Below, in pieces: positions 20,501 to 29,797 of a DNA stretch of 64,000 nucleotides. The DNA is taken from positions 155,947 to 219,946 of the forward strand of contig JBGARZ010000009.1 in NCBI GenBank assembly GCA_044229975.1, in the 5' to 3' direction. The notes below the pieces were generated by a model. The model was not told where the DNA came from and did no database searches. It worked only from the letters and a program-made list of their open reading frames with translations. How positions within the stretch are numbered: the first letter of the stretch is position 1; every line of letters begins with the position of its first letter. The stretch comes from Polyangiales bacterium. GTDB lineage: Bacteria; Myxococcota_A; Polyangia; Polyangiales; Ga0077539. The position numbers and the translations under genes were made by a program.

Positions 20501-20752
20501 GGCCGTGCGGAGGATGTGCACCTCGTTGGTGAGACCGGGGATGTCCCACTGCTCGGTGACGGCGACGGTGGGGAACGCGCTGGGGATGTTGCTGTCGGGC
20601 GTTCCGGGGACGTCCTCGGCGGGCGCGTCGACGGTCGGCGTGTCCATGGTGACAGGCACGTCGCGACCAGCATCCGCGGGCGGTGCGGGGTCTTCGGTGC
20701 AGGACAGGACGAGGGCGGGACAGGCGGCGAGCAGCCAGCGGAGCGTGCGCAT
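17519..20752 (-). CDS. Penicillin amidase/acylase family protein (Ntn-hydrolase, peptidase S45), possibly an AHL acylase
   Basis: SNSWAVMGNRTRSGDTLLAADGHL contains the nucleophile-Ser signature. The protein is collinear with PvdQ/QuiP-type acylases. An N-terminal lipoprotein signal is followed by a Pro/Asp-rich linker. At 1077 aa it is unusually long for the family. Confidence 0.85.
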   Translation of the reverse strand: MRTLRWLLAACPALVLSCTEDPAPPADAGRDVPVTMDTPTVDAPAEDVPGTPDSNIPSAFPTVAVTEQWDIPGLTNEVHILRTAGNVPHIYARNRNDLARAHGFVVARDRFFFLDLARRYATGRLSALLGDAALASDQQNLGVGMSFVTDRILANLSAEQRAIFQSFADGINAYIAQARENTLPSPSEYTLAAPLLGRPRASAIMEDFTVRDVAAMNTTFLYQSGFETDDVDRDRAARNLPGNFTGQALGELRAAGVLPEFWNPLRQPAPSRSADGWGLETGTMASRAPRQPARNARPGAQPAVEPSRVAVNVPRPTLDRLVTRLDEIQARLMRDIEVGYGSNSWAVMGNRTRSGDTLLAADGHLPLTIPALFYQIGLDTQTLGGGDIHQVGIALTFLPATAMGTNGQVAWGFTQLGGDITDWYREELVLDAMGRPTATRFRGEMRPLTVTEESVTVANVPALMSVGRTERWNRYTTFDGRWITQIEGRTVRPTDPVVPGEVRVQLLGDLVVPGDTNGDGVVTAVSFDYVGLDGGNAFRAYDGFGKARTVQEFREASRSMLATSLNQVAADANGSVYYAGWQGVPCRGYLPRNTDRTWQTGANPRMLLDGTQYGGFSIPLRDGVIDETVGSDPYACAIPLASTPAALNPTRGYVQTANNEPGNITGDDSLTNDPVYIGGPWHDGFRAARLDRLLSEGVAARNLDGDAMAAIQADTHSNLGEVLVPALLDAIAQARTAAAGTPAAGTAEARLAAMWRAHEADYTSVERRLMAWQTAGFPALSGVETFYHAVATNEREMAVATTIHNAWMGRFFNGVFNDERLPDGVFDNGGGGSVGKVRALLRMLRGRGAGNTEMLASFNPATNESAYFDVLGTEAVETSREVALTALDGALTFLRTAPTAPGRGGFGTNDMDQWIWGLRHHVRFESILSTFLDGGSSLGALVSGFSITPTRIPLGMGLPAGDPRLTLPGFPRPGDQWGVDAANSGFGGESFTFGSGPTYRMVVSLRRDMPDATEARNVIPGGQSGLNNNGNPYFDDQARLWLGNRALPMLLSSASVVAAATGHEVLMPAPSTGGTDR

Positions 20753-20829
20753 GGGCGCATTGGTGGCTGGGAGGGACGGGCGGCGTCAAGCACCTCGCGG
20801 GCGGTCGCGCATCTGCGGCGACGGTCCCG

Positions 20830-21606
20830 CTACCACCACTCCCAATGCCACGGCTCCGTTGGAACGGTGCGTCGAAACCCGAAGCGTCGCGCGTTGCGTT
20901 CGAGCCAGCGCAGCACGCCCGGTGAGGACGTGTTGAGGTCGAGCGCGTGGCCGCTCTGGTGGTTGGACTGACCGGGCACCGCCGCGAGGTTGCCCCGCCC
21001 GTGGCGATAGGCCCGGTAGAGCGCCTGCTGGTGGGCCATGGTGCGAAAGCCGCTGACGATGCGCAGTCGGATGCGGTCGCGCGAGGCCGCGTCGCGCATG
21101 CGGGTATAGGCCGACGCCGTGTGAACCTCGACGGGCTTGGAGTCGAGGCGCGTCACGACGATGCGCGTGGCGCGGCCTTCGACGAAGCCCTGGGCCGGCC
21201 CCTCGGGAACATCGTCGGAGGTGACGATGGAGCGGTCGCGACGACGAGGTTCGCCAGGTTCAGGCGGTGTCGCCGCGGCCATGAGCGCCCCGGCCATCGC
21301 TTCGGGGTGGATGACCACCGACCCGGCATCGGGCGTGTCGTCGAGGTCGTCCATGACCCCGTCGCCCGCGGTCTCGGGGTTGGCCTCCTGCGAGGCGACC
21401 GTTCCTGCGTCGACGGCGGCGGCCGCGACCACGACCACGCTGACCGGGGGCGCGGGCATGCGCGCGGCCTGCTGCACGCCGAGCGCGCTGCCGCCCATCA
21501 TCGCGCCCAATAGACCGCAGGTGATGGCGATGGTGACCAGCGATCCGCGCGGGCGTGGGCTCGGCGTCGGCTCGTCCTCGGGAGTCGGCGGGGTGCCTTC
21601 AGTCAT
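20830..21606 (-). CDS. Peptidase M15 (VanY/D-Ala-D-Ala carboxypeptidase-like) with an N-terminal TM anchor
   Basis: The C-terminus reads SGFRTMAHQQALY...GQSNHQSGHALDL. The probable start is the ATG at 21606 (MTEGTPP); the ORF extends to 21768. Confidence 0.7.
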   Translation of the reverse strand: MTEGTPPTPEDEPTPSPRPRGSLVTIAITCGLLGAMMGGSALGVQQAARMPAPPVSVVVVAAAAVDAGTVASQEANPETAGDGVMDDLDDTPDAGSVVIHPEAMAGALMAAATPPEPGEPRRRDRSIVTSDDVPEGPAQGFVEGRATRIVVTRLDSKPVEVHTASAYTRMRDAASRDRIRLRIVSGFRTMAHQQALYRAYRHGRGNLAAVPGQSNHQSGHALDLNTSSPGVLRWLERNARRFGFRRTVPTEPWHWEWW

Positions 21607-21828
21607 CGCTCGAAGCGGCGTGGACCGTACCACCGCTCGCGCCGCCGTCATCGCGTCAACGACGTCATGGGCGACCCGAGGTGCGTAGAACCCTACGCGC
21701 ACCGCAGAGAGTGAGGCGAAATGGCAACGCCCGAGGGTGCTCTTGACCTTCTCGGAGCAACGCGGCAATCAGGCCACTGTCGCCGCGCCGGACCACGCGC
21801 CGCGTCAGCAGACAAAGGACTCCCCAAC

Positions 21829-22443
21829 GTGTCGACGGACGGCGAACAGGCAGCAGGGTCTCCCACCTCCCGCGTCGTGAAGCGGTACAGCAACCGCAAG
21901 CTCTACGACACGGTCGAGAGCCGGTACGTCACGCTGCCGCAGATCGCGGAGTACGTCCGCCAGGGCGAGGACGTCCGCATCATCGACAACACGACGAAGG
22001 AAGACCTCACGCGCATGACGCTCGCGCAGATCCTCTACGAGGAGGAGCGCAAGCAGAGCCGGCTGCCGCTGGGGGCGTTGAAGGAGCTCTTGCATTCGTC
22101 CAGCGAGCGCATCCTGTCGGCGGTGCGCGATACCCCGATGGGCAAGCTCATCGCCCGCGGTGAGGTTGCCCCCGCGGAGCCCGTCGAGGCCGAACCGCCG
22201 CCGCCCCCTGCCCCGCCGCCCGTCGCAACACCGGCCGAGCCAGGGAGGGTGGAGAAGTTCGTCGAACAGTCGCGTGAGGCCATCGACCAGTGGCAGCACC
22301 GGGTCGACCACCAGATGAAGTCGTTCTGGGAGGGCATCAACCCGATGGCGCAGATCGAGGCCCTCCAGGCCGAGGTGAAGCGGCTCAACCAGCGGGTCGA
22401 GGTGCTCGAAGCCGAGCGCCGCGACCGCGGCTCTTCGGACTGA
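21829..22443 (+). CDS. phaR: PhaR-like polyhydroxyalkanoate synthesis repressor
   Basis: [57 protein letters not shown] matches the PhaR N-terminal DNA-binding domain (PF07879). A GTG at 21829 lies 8 nt after AAAGGA. A C-terminal coiled coil is present. Confidence 0.75.
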   Translation: MSTDGEQAAGSPTSRVVKRYSNRKLYDTVESRYVTLPQIAEYVRQGEDVRIIDNTTKEDLTRMTLAQILYEEERKQSRLPLGALKELLHSSSERILSAVRDTPMGKLIARGEVAPAEPVEAEPPPPPAPPPVATPAEPGRVEKFVEQSREAIDQWQHRVDHQMKSFWEGINPMAQIEALQAEVKRLNQRVEVLEAERRDRGSSD

Positions 22444-22517
22444 CCACCCGCACCCCGGGAATAGTTCCCCCCCTTGCCAGGGTTCCCCGCAATGCTTCCC
22501 TACGGCCGCCGAGGAAC

Positions 22518-23141
22518 ATGATGGACCCCATTCAGCGACGAAAGATCTTCGAGGCCGAGGTGCTCCCGCACCTGGACGCGATGCACCGCACGGCCACGCA
22601 GTTCACCCGCAGCTCCAGCGACGCTGACGACCTGGTGCAGGACGCCGTGGTCAAAGCGTGGCGCTTCTTCGACAGCTACGAGCGGGGCACCAACATCCGG
22701 GCCTGGCTCCTCAAGATCGTCACCAACGTCTTCTACTCCAAGCACCGCCGCAACAACCTCGAAGGCAACGTCCACGCGATGGCGACCGTCGACCCGGTCT
22801 CCGACGGGTGGATCGGCGCGTCGTCGATGAACGCCCAGCGCGAACCCGAGCGCGTCGCCGAGCGGCCGCTGCTCGAACGCTCCGTCGCCGAGGCGCTGAA
22901 GGATCTGCCGGAAGACTTCCGTCAGGTGTTGGTTCTGGTCGACGTGGAAGGGCTCACGTACCGCGAGGTCGCAGAGGCCATGAACTGCCCGATGGGCACC
23001 GTGATGTCGCGCCTGCACCGGGCGCGTCGCGCGGTGGCCGTGAAGCTGGGCATCGTGCCGGAGAAGTCCGCCGCGCCCGCCGAACAAGAGGGCGGTCAGG
23101 TGGTCGAGATGGAGTCCTTCCGTAGGCGCAAGGAGGCTTAA
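22518..23141 (+). CDS. ECF (group IV) sigma-70 family RNA polymerase sigma factor
   Basis: Sigma region 2 (DLVQDAVVKAWRFFDSY...AWLLKIVTNVFYSKHRR) and region 4 (LPEDFRQVLVLVDVEGLTYREVAEAMNCPMGTVMSRLHRAR). Confidence 0.9.
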   Translation: MMDPIQRRKIFEAEVLPHLDAMHRTATQFTRSSSDADDLVQDAVVKAWRFFDSYERGTNIRAWLLKIVTNVFYSKHRRNNLEGNVHAMATVDPVSDGWIGASSMNAQREPERVAERPLLERSVAEALKDLPEDFRQVLVLVDVEGLTYREVAEAMNCPMGTVMSRLHRARRAVAVKLGIVPEKSAAPAEQEGGQVVEMESFRRRKEA

Positions 23142-23144
23142 CGG

Positions 23145-23945
23145 ATGAGCGTGAGCTGCGAACAGGCCACGCGGTGGACCGACGCTTGGATCGACGGTGA
23201 GCTCGACCCCAGCGCGGCGCTGCTGATCGAAGACCACATGGCCGGCTGCGGTTGTTGCCGCGCCGAGGCCGACATGATCCGCAAGCTGAAGCGGGGGCTC
23301 GGGGCGCTGCGCGAAGACTGCGCGCCCACGGCGCTGCGCTACCGCATCACGGCGGCGCTCGACGCGTGCGACCGCGAGCAGGAGGCCGAGCGGGCGTCGG
23401 TGGTGCGCAAGAAGCACGCGCGCAACTTCGCCCTGGCGGGCGCGGCGCTGGCGGGCGTGGTGATGGCCAACGGCTTCAAGCAGCGCGCGGCGGTTCCGGT
23501 GACGGCGGCGGGCATGCTCCCGGTGGTGGAAGACATCGCCAACCGGCACGCGCGCGAGCTGCCGGTGGAGGTCACCAACAGCGACCCCGCGGCGGTGAGC
23601 CAGTGGTTTCGCGGCAAGCTCGACATCCCGGTGCGGCCGGTGACCTTCCGCGGGAGCCAGGCGCGGCTCGTCGGCGCGCGCATCTCCAACGTGCAGAACC
23701 AGATGGCCGCGGCGCTCTACTACGACGTCGACGGTCGGCGGATGACGGTGTTCGTGTTCGACCACACGCTGATGCCGCGCACGGTGGAGTCGACGGCGAT
23801 GGTGCAGGGGCGGCCGGTGTATGTGACCTCGTCGCACGGCTACACGGTGACCTTCACCGAGCAGCAGGGCATCGGGTACGCGATCGCGTCCGATCTGCCG
23901 CCGCAGGAGTGCGCTCGCATCGTGGCTCGCGCCGAGATGCGGTAG
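23145..23945 (+). CDS. Anti-sigma factor (ZAS-type zinc-binding N-terminus, one TM helix, extracytoplasmic domain)
   Basis: Starts 4 bp after the ECF sigma stop. It carries an HxxxCxxC motif ([10 protein letters not shown]) and a TM segment ([14 protein letters not shown]). Confidence 0.75.
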   Translation: MSVSCEQATRWTDAWIDGELDPSAALLIEDHMAGCGCCRAEADMIRKLKRGLGALREDCAPTALRYRITAALDACDREQEAERASVVRKKHARNFALAGAALAGVVMANGFKQRAAVPVTAAGMLPVVEDIANRHARELPVEVTNSDPAAVSQWFRGKLDIPVRPVTFRGSQARLVGARISNVQNQMAAALYYDVDGRRMTVFVFDHTLMPRTVESTAMVQGRPVYVTSSHGYTVTFTEQQGIGYAIASDLPPQECARIVARAEMR

Positions 23946-24033
23946 TCGCTCAGCGCTATCCCACCGGGCGCTCGTCTGGGGTACACCTTCGCGCCGGGCC
24001 GCTGACGGCCCGCGAGAAGGATCGGGACGAGTC

Positions 24034-25437
24034 ATGACGGTGGTGAGCATCGAACACGCGCTCTCGGGCAAGGTGGCGCCGGGCAGCGAGATCACGGTCC
24101 GGGGTTGGGTGCGTACGCGCCGCGACTCCAAGGCCGGGCTGTCGTTCGTGAGCGTGAGCGACGGGTCGTGCTTCGCGGCGCTCCAGGTGGTGGCCCAGGG
24201 GACGCTCGCCAATTACGAGTCGGAGCTCAAGCGCCTCACCGCGGGCTGCGCCGTGGTCGCGACGGGCACGCTCGTCGCGTCGCAGGGCAAGGGGCAGAGC
24301 TTCGAGATCCAGGCGACCTCCATCGAGGTCGTGGGCTGGGTCGACGACCCGGAGACGTACCCGATCCAGCCCAAGGCCCACTCGCTGGAGTACCTCCGCG
24401 AGGTGGCCCACCTGCGGCCGCGCACCAACCTCTTCGGCGCCGTCGCGCGCATGCGTCACTGCCTCGCACAGGCGGTGCACCGCTTCTTCCACGAGCGCGG
24501 GTTCTTCTGGGTCAACACGCCCATCGTGTCGACGTCGGACGCCGAGGGGGCGGGGCAGATGTTCCGCCTGTCGACGCTCGACCTGATGAACCTCCCGCGC
24601 ACCGAGTCGGGCGCCATCGACTTCTCCAAGGACTTCTTCGGCAAGGAAGCCTTCCTCACCGTGTCGGGGCAACTCAACGTCGAGGGCTACTGCCTCGCGC
24701 TGAGCAAGGTCTACACGTTCGGCCCGACCTTCCGCGCCGAGAACAGCAACACGCCGCGGCACCTCGCCGAGTTCTGGATGATCGAGCCCGAGGTGGCCTT
24801 CAACGACCTCGACGCCAACGCGGCGCTCGCCGAGGACTTCCTCAAGTACCTGTTTCGCGCGGTGATGGCCGAGCGCGCGGACGACCTGGCGTTCATCGCC
24901 GAGCGGGTGCAGCCCGACGCGATCACGCGCTTGCAGACCTTCGTCGACGCGCCCTTCGAGCGCATCGAGTACACCGAGGCCATCAAGCTGCTGAAGGCGG
25001 CCAGGAAGAAGAAGTTCGAGTTCCCGGTGGAGTGGGGTCTCGACCTCCAGACCGAACACGAGCGCTGGCTCACCGAGGAGCACGTCGGCCGCCCGGTGGT
25101 GGTGATGAACTACCCCGAGCAGATCAAGTCGTTCTACATGCGGCTCAACGACGACGGGAAGACCGTCGCGGCGATGGACGTGCTCGCCCCCGGCATCGGC
25201 GAGATCATCGGCGGGTCGCAGCGCGAGGAGCGCATCGACATCCTCGACAAGCGCATCGCGCAGTTCGGTCTCAACCCCGATCACTACCAGTGGTACCGGG
25301 ACTTCCGCCGCTACGGCACGGTGCCCCACGCGGGCTTCGGCCTCGGGTTCGAGCGGCTCGTGGTCTACGTGTGCGGGCTGTCGAACATCCGCGACGCCAT
25401 TCCGTACCCGCGCGCCGCCGGCCAGGCGGAGTTCTGA
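24034..25437 (+). CDS. asnS: Asparagine--tRNA ligase
   Basis: 467 aa, collinear with E. coli AsnS (about 60% identity by eye). Motifs include [31 protein letters not shown] and [14 protein letters not shown]. Confidence 0.95.
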   Translation: MTVVSIEHALSGKVAPGSEITVRGWVRTRRDSKAGLSFVSVSDGSCFAALQVVAQGTLANYESELKRLTAGCAVVATGTLVASQGKGQSFEIQATSIEVVGWVDDPETYPIQPKAHSLEYLREVAHLRPRTNLFGAVARMRHCLAQAVHRFFHERGFFWVNTPIVSTSDAEGAGQMFRLSTLDLMNLPRTESGAIDFSKDFFGKEAFLTVSGQLNVEGYCLALSKVYTFGPTFRAENSNTPRHLAEFWMIEPEVAFNDLDANAALAEDFLKYLFRAVMAERADDLAFIAERVQPDAITRLQTFVDAPFERIEYTEAIKLLKAARKKKFEFPVEWGLDLQTEHERWLTEEHVGRPVVVMNYPEQIKSFYMRLNDDGKTVAAMDVLAPGIGEIIGGSQREERIDILDKRIAQFGLNPDHYQWYRDFRRYGTVPHAGFGLGFERLVVYVCGLSNIRDAIPYPRAAGQAEF

Positions 25438-25443
25438 CCCGCG

Positions 25444-26301
25444 ATGCGCCGACGCGTCCCGCTCGGCACCGACGAGAAGCTCTTCCGCGCGATGCACCGC
25501 CGGATGCTCGACGACCCCCGCCCCGTCCCCCCGTGGAACCTCCTCGACCCCGCGCGCATCCCCGACGCCCTCCGCGAGAAGGTGCGGGCGGGGTGGGCCG
25601 CGCGCGTCGAGGCGGAGTACCGCTCGATGGTGGTGTTCGGTGAGCTCATCGCGCGCTTCCCCGAGGTGGGCCTGCCCCTCGAAGTGAGCTGCGCCGCCTC
25701 GCGGTTGCTGCAAGACGAGGCGCGCCACACGGAGCTGTGCGCCCGCGTCGCCGAAGCCTTCGGCGGCCACGACGAGGCCACGCTCGACCCCGCGCACCTG
25801 CGCCTCGTCGACGATCAGCTCCCCGCGCACCTCTTCGTCGCGCGCTGGACGGCGTCGATGTTCTGCGTCGGCGAGGCGGCCTCTGTCGGGCTGCTCGGCG
25901 TGCTCCGCGACGGCGCCACCGACCCGTGCGTGGCGTCGGTGCTCGACACGCTCCTGCGCGACGAGGTGCTCCACGACCGCTTCGGGTGGGCGCTCGCGCG
26001 TCTGGTCTTTCCGCTGCTCACGGACGACGAGCGCGAGTGGCTCGGGGCCGACCTCGCGTTCGCCTTCGCCCACTACGACGCGATGGACGCCGGCTGCCTG
26101 CGGCCCGACGGCGGCGAGATCCCCGCCGCGCCAGAGGTGCCCGAAGACCCGGCCGCCGTCGCGCTCGGCCTCGGCTCGCGGTGGCGGTTCGCGCCCGCGT
26201 TCTACCGGCGCATCGACGAGGTCATCCTGCCGTCGTTCGTGGCGCTGGGGGTGCCCGCGTACGAGGCGTGGGCGCTGCGCCACGAGGCCGCTCCGCGCTG
26301 A
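25444..26301 (+). CDS. Ferritin-like di-iron-carboxylate domain protein (hypothetical)
   Basis: Two E...ExxH pairs (EAEY...QDEARH and GEAAS...RDEVLH) in predicted helices. Starts 7 bp after asnS. Confidence 0.45.
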   Translation: MRRRVPLGTDEKLFRAMHRRMLDDPRPVPPWNLLDPARIPDALREKVRAGWAARVEAEYRSMVVFGELIARFPEVGLPLEVSCAASRLLQDEARHTELCARVAEAFGGHDEATLDPAHLRLVDDQLPAHLFVARWTASMFCVGEAASVGLLGVLRDGATDPCVASVLDTLLRDEVLHDRFGWALARLVFPLLTDDEREWLGADLAFAFAHYDAMDAGCLRPDGGEIPAAPEVPEDPAAVALGLGSRWRFAPAFYRRIDEVILPSFVALGVPAYEAWALRHEAAPR

Positions 26302-26311
26302 CTCGCCGCCG

Positions 26312-26932
26312 CTACTGCCCTCCGCAGAACACCCCGGCGACGCGGCGGAAGCGCTCGGCGAAGCTCCCATCGAGCGCGCACACCGCGGCGCCCGCGAGCT
26401 CGGGGCAGCGCAGCGTCTCCACCGACGCGCACGCCGTCGACCGGGCGCGCGCCACGCATCCAACGCTCTCATCACCGCACGCGGCGCAGGACGACTCGGC
26501 GCAGTCGATGGCGTTCTGCTCGCGCACGCCGCACCCATCGGGGCGGTGGTCGCCGAGCACCAGCGCGACGCAACCCGCGACGTTGAGCCGCACCTCGCCG
26601 CGCGCAGCCAGCAAGGGACCGGTCCCCGTCGCGGCGGGCGAGAGGCACCGCGCGCAGTCGGCGTGCTTCGCGACGAACTGCTGACATCGGATGGGCAGCG
26701 ACGCCGGATCGAGACAGTTCGCCGCGTAGGCGTCGAGCTCCTCGGCGGTGCAGACGCGCATCGCGCTCTGTGGCGTGACTGCCGGCGCTGCGCTCTCGCC
26801 ATCGCCGGGATCGCAGGCATCCACCACGCTCGCGTCGCTCGCGTCGCGCGGGGCGGCCGCATCCTGCGGGAAGGGATCGGAGGAGCACGCAGCGAGCGCG
26901 GTGAGCGCGAAGCACGCGCGCCAGGACGTCAC
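26312..26932 (-). CDS. Cys-rich secreted lipoprotein (hypothetical)
   Basis: GTG start at 26930-26932 overlapping the upstream stop (GTGA). Signal peptide and lipobox read VTSWRACFALTALAACSS. About 20 Cys residues. It is the C-terminal segment of ORF 26312..27883(-). Confidence 0.5.
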   Translation of the reverse strand: MTSWRACFALTALAACSSDPFPQDAAAPRDASDASVVDACDPGDGESAAPAVTPQSAMRVCTAEELDAYAANCLDPASLPIRCQQFVAKHADCARCLSPAATGTGPLLAARGEVRLNVAGCVALVLGDHRPDGCGVREQNAIDCAESSCAACGDESVGCVARARSTACASVETLRCPELAGAAVCALDGSFAERFRRVAGVFCGGQ

Positions 26933-28092
26933 GGGATCTCGAGTTTGTAGACGGTGGTGCCGATGGCGTAGCCGGTGCGATCGCCCACGAAGCGGAAGCG
27001 GTTGATGTACGCGCCGAGGCCCATGGCGGGCTCCCACGTCGCGCCGCCGTCGGTGGTGCGGTACGCGGGACGGCCCGCGGCTTCGCCGCCGATCCAGCCG
27101 ATGTCTTCGGTGATGAAGCCCACCCCGAGCGCGGCGTACGGCCCCGGAACAAAGGGCATCTCGGTCCAGGTGCGACCGCCGTCCGTGGTCTTGATGAACG
27201 ACGACGGCGTCATTCCGAAGGTGAGCACCGCGGCGTACCCGACGCGCGCCGACGGGAACGACAGCTTCCAGCACATCTCGCCGGTGGCCGTCGAGCGAAA
27301 CGCCGTGTCCCACGACGCGCCGCCGTCGGCGGTGTGCAGGATCACGCAGCGCGAGCTCGCGCCCGTCGACGACGCCCCGGTGACCCAGCCCTCCATCGGG
27401 TTGATGAAGTGGGCGTCGACGAGCATCGCGATGTGCTCGGAGATGTCGGTGGACTCCCAGGTCGCGCCGCCGTCGGTCGTGCGAAGGAAGAAGCTCGGAC
27501 CGCCGACGCGACCGGTGGCGATGATGTTCTGCGCGTCGAGCTGGTTGAAGTTGCAGATGCCTACCGGAGACTCGCCCGTGATCGAGGTGACCGGCGTGAG
27601 GGTCGCGCCGCCGTTGATGGTCGCGTAGAGCGGCACCGTGTCGGTGACGCCGGGGTAGTAGCCCGGCCCGATGTTGGCGACGAAGCCCCTGTTCTCGTCG
27701 AGGAAGGTGACCGCGCGGAAGTAGGTTCCGCGTTGGTTGATGAGGCGCGCCCAGGTGTCGCCGCCGTCGTCGGTGTGGAACATCTGGCCCTGCCCGTTGA
27801 CGCTCCATCCGACGCGGGGGTTGATGAAGTAGACGTCGTCCTGCTTGCCCGCGATGGTGGGCGCGCTCGGGAGGCGACGCCACGTCGCCGCGAGGATGTC
27901 GTCACGCGTGGGCCCCGGCACGACCACATCGACCGCGACGTCGGGCGTCACGTCGACGACGACGGGCACATCCCCGGCGGGGCGATCGACGGCAGGGACA
28001 TCGACCCCGGCATCGACGGGCGCCGCGGGCGTGGGCGAGCTGCACGCGGCGAGGACCAGAAGGAGGGTGGAGACGAGAGATGCGGGGCGCAT
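26929..28092 (-). CDS. BNR/Asp-box repeat beta-propeller lipoprotein (Ycf48/sialidase-like fold)
   Basis: Lipobox LAACSS. Five SxDxGxTW-type BNR motifs (TDDGGDTW, TTDGGATWES, TADGGASWD, TTDGGRTWT, TTDGGATWE). Confidence 0.75.
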   Translation of the reverse strand: MRPASLVSTLLLVLAACSSPTPAAPVDAGVDVPAVDRPAGDVPVVVDVTPDVAVDVVVPGPTRDDILAATWRRLPSAPTIAGKQDDVYFINPRVGWSVNGQGQMFHTDDGGDTWARLINQRGTYFRAVTFLDENRGFVANIGPGYYPGVTDTVPLYATINGGATLTPVTSITGESPVGICNFNQLDAQNIIATGRVGGPSFFLRTTDGGATWESTDISEHIAMLVDAHFINPMEGWVTGASSTGASSRCVILHTADGGASWDTAFRSTATGEMCWKLSFPSARVGYAAVLTFGMTPSSFIKTTDGGRTWTEMPFVPGPYAALGVGFITEDIGWIGGEAAGRPAYRTTDGGATWEPAMGLGAYINRFRFVGDRTGYAIGTTVYKLEIP

Positions 28093-28127
28093 AGCCCGCG
28101 ACGTGTACCGCGGTGCCTGGCGCGCGA

Positions 28128-29063
28128 CTAGCGGGCGGGTTGGCGTGCAGGTCGACCGTCGCGCCCAGCTCGCATTGTGACCTGGCGGCGCGGCGCGCGG
28201 AGGAAGGTCGCCCGCAGCACGGCGCCGTCCTGCTCGAACACGACCGGAGCCGGGTCTTCCGCGGGCGCAGATTCGGTCGACGGAGGCACCCGTCCCGGCG
28301 CGCCGAAGACCCGGCGCGGGGGAGTTCCGTCGGCGAGCTCAAACACCCCGTCGTCTTGCTGCACGCCACGCGCGAAGAGGGCGCCGTCGGGCGCGTACGC
28401 CGGCGACGTGAAGGTCTCCATCGCCTCGACGTGACCGTCCGCCGCGCGAATCACCCAGAGCCCGCAGCTCCCCACCGCGACCTGCGCGCCGTCTGGCCTC
28501 CACATGACCGTGATGTTCGCGCCCGCGTCCTGGGTCACCCGCGCGCGCTGCCCGTTCGCGCCGATAAACCACACCTCGCGGTGACACACGTCGCCGCACG
28601 AGAAGATGGCCGAGAACACCGCCGCACCGCTCGTCGCGCGACCGAGCCGCGCCTCGGTGACGACCCGCGCGTTGGGCACCGCCCCGCGGACGCCGCGGGC
28701 TTCGACCGTCGCGCTCGCGTTGCCGCCGCCCACGCTGGCGTTGTCGTCGACGAAGGTCACGCGCTCACCGTCGGCCAGCGTGAGGTCGGGTCCGCTCGCG
28801 GGGTGCAGGGTGACGGTTCCGCCGGGCTGCTCGGCCATGATGACCCCACTCGCGCCGAGGGGGTTGGCCACCGAGAACACCGGCGCAGGCGCAGCAACGG
28901 GCGCGCCCGCATCGACGACGGGCGCCTCGGCGACCACGGGTGTCGGGGTGGCAACGGGCGCTGCGACGGGAGGCGGGGTGCTGGCGCAGGCGCCGGTGAG
29001 AGCGAGGGCGAGGGTCCAGCGGCGGTGGGTCGAGGTCACGGTGGCCGCGGAAGATAGAGGCAC
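28128..29063 (-). CDS. Secreted lipoprotein (hypothetical)
   Basis: Signal peptide plus lipobox (ALALTGACAST). A Pro/Ala-rich linker is followed by a beta-rich domain. Co-directional with the BNR operon. Confidence 0.55.
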   Translation of the reverse strand: MPLSSAATVTSTHRRWTLALALTGACASTPPPVAAPVATPTPVVAEAPVVDAGAPVAAPAPVFSVANPLGASGVIMAEQPGGTVTLHPASGPDLTLADGERVTFVDDNASVGGGNASATVEARGVRGAVPNARVVTEARLGRATSGAAVFSAIFSCGDVCHREVWFIGANGQRARVTQDAGANITVMWRPDGAQVAVGSCGLWVIRAADGHVEAMETFTSPAYAPDGALFARGVQQDDGVFELADGTPPRRVFGAPGRVPPSTESAPAEDPAPVVFEQDGAVLRATFLRAPRRQVTMRAGRDGRPARQPAR

Positions 29064-29090
29064 CGCGGGTGCCGTGTCGACGGCGGTGGC

Positions 29091-29444
29091 TCAGCGAAAT
29101 CGCAGCTGCGCGTAGGCGGGCCGATGGTCGGATCCGACGAAGCCTCCGAGCGCTCGCTCCTCGGTCACGAGGTGCGTCGAGTGCAGCACGTGGTCGATGG
29201 TGATGCGCCCGATCCAGGGCATCTCCGCGGGCCACGACGGCTGCACCCCGCGGCCTCGCAGCGAGTCGACGAGCCCCGTCACCTCGCGCAGTGAGCGCAG
29301 CGGTCGCGACCACGGCATCGCGTTGAGATCGCCGACCACGAGCGTCGGCTGCCCGCGCGCGACGACGCGCGTGAACAACCCGTCGCTGCACATGCAATCG
29401 CGAACGTGACGACCAGGGTCGATGAGTGGGTGCGCATGGAGCAA
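29091..29444 (-). pseudogene. Truncated endonuclease/exonuclease/phosphatase (EEP) family remnant. Only the C-terminal third is present.
   Basis: The ORF carries the late EEP motifs (GDLNAMP, IDHVLHS, GSDHRP) but lacks the N-terminal catalytic Glu/Asp region. No EEP-like sequence is found in any upstream frame across 29445-29797. Confidence 0.5.
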
Positions 29445-29797
29445 CGGAGAGGATGCCGTCCGTCGCGGGTCGTCAAGCCGCGATCGGCGAAGAGAGAGCG
29501 GGTCGTGCGAGACCTTTGCCTTGTCTCTCCTCTGACCCTTGCGACCCCAGGGCGTCCTTGCGGTTGGTTTGGCCGCAGCCCTTCACATCCCCAGTGGAGA
29601 GGCACGAGTACGGTCAGGCCAACGTGGGCACGAGGGACGTCCCCAGGCGACCTGCAACGGCGGCCCTCGGTGCGAGGGAGCCCACCACGCGCTCCGCAAC
29701 AGCCTCCCTCGCACGCTGATGACCCTGCTGCGCATCCCGCAACAGCCGCCCTCGACCCGCTCACGCCCTCCGGTCGTGCAGGTGTACTCCTTCGTCC

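Noticed and set aside
22500-24212. 570 aa ORF on the minus strand
   Set aside because: It is antisense to the ECF sigma and anti-sigma pair. The plus-strand genes have clear sigma region 2/4 and ZAS motifs. The minus ORF is Arg/His-rich artefact.
23956-26862. 968 aa ORF on the minus strand
   Set aside because: It is antisense to asnS and the ferritin-like gene. Composition is Arg/Gly/Ala/Pro-rich with no domain, and the plus strand encodes near-canonical AsnS.
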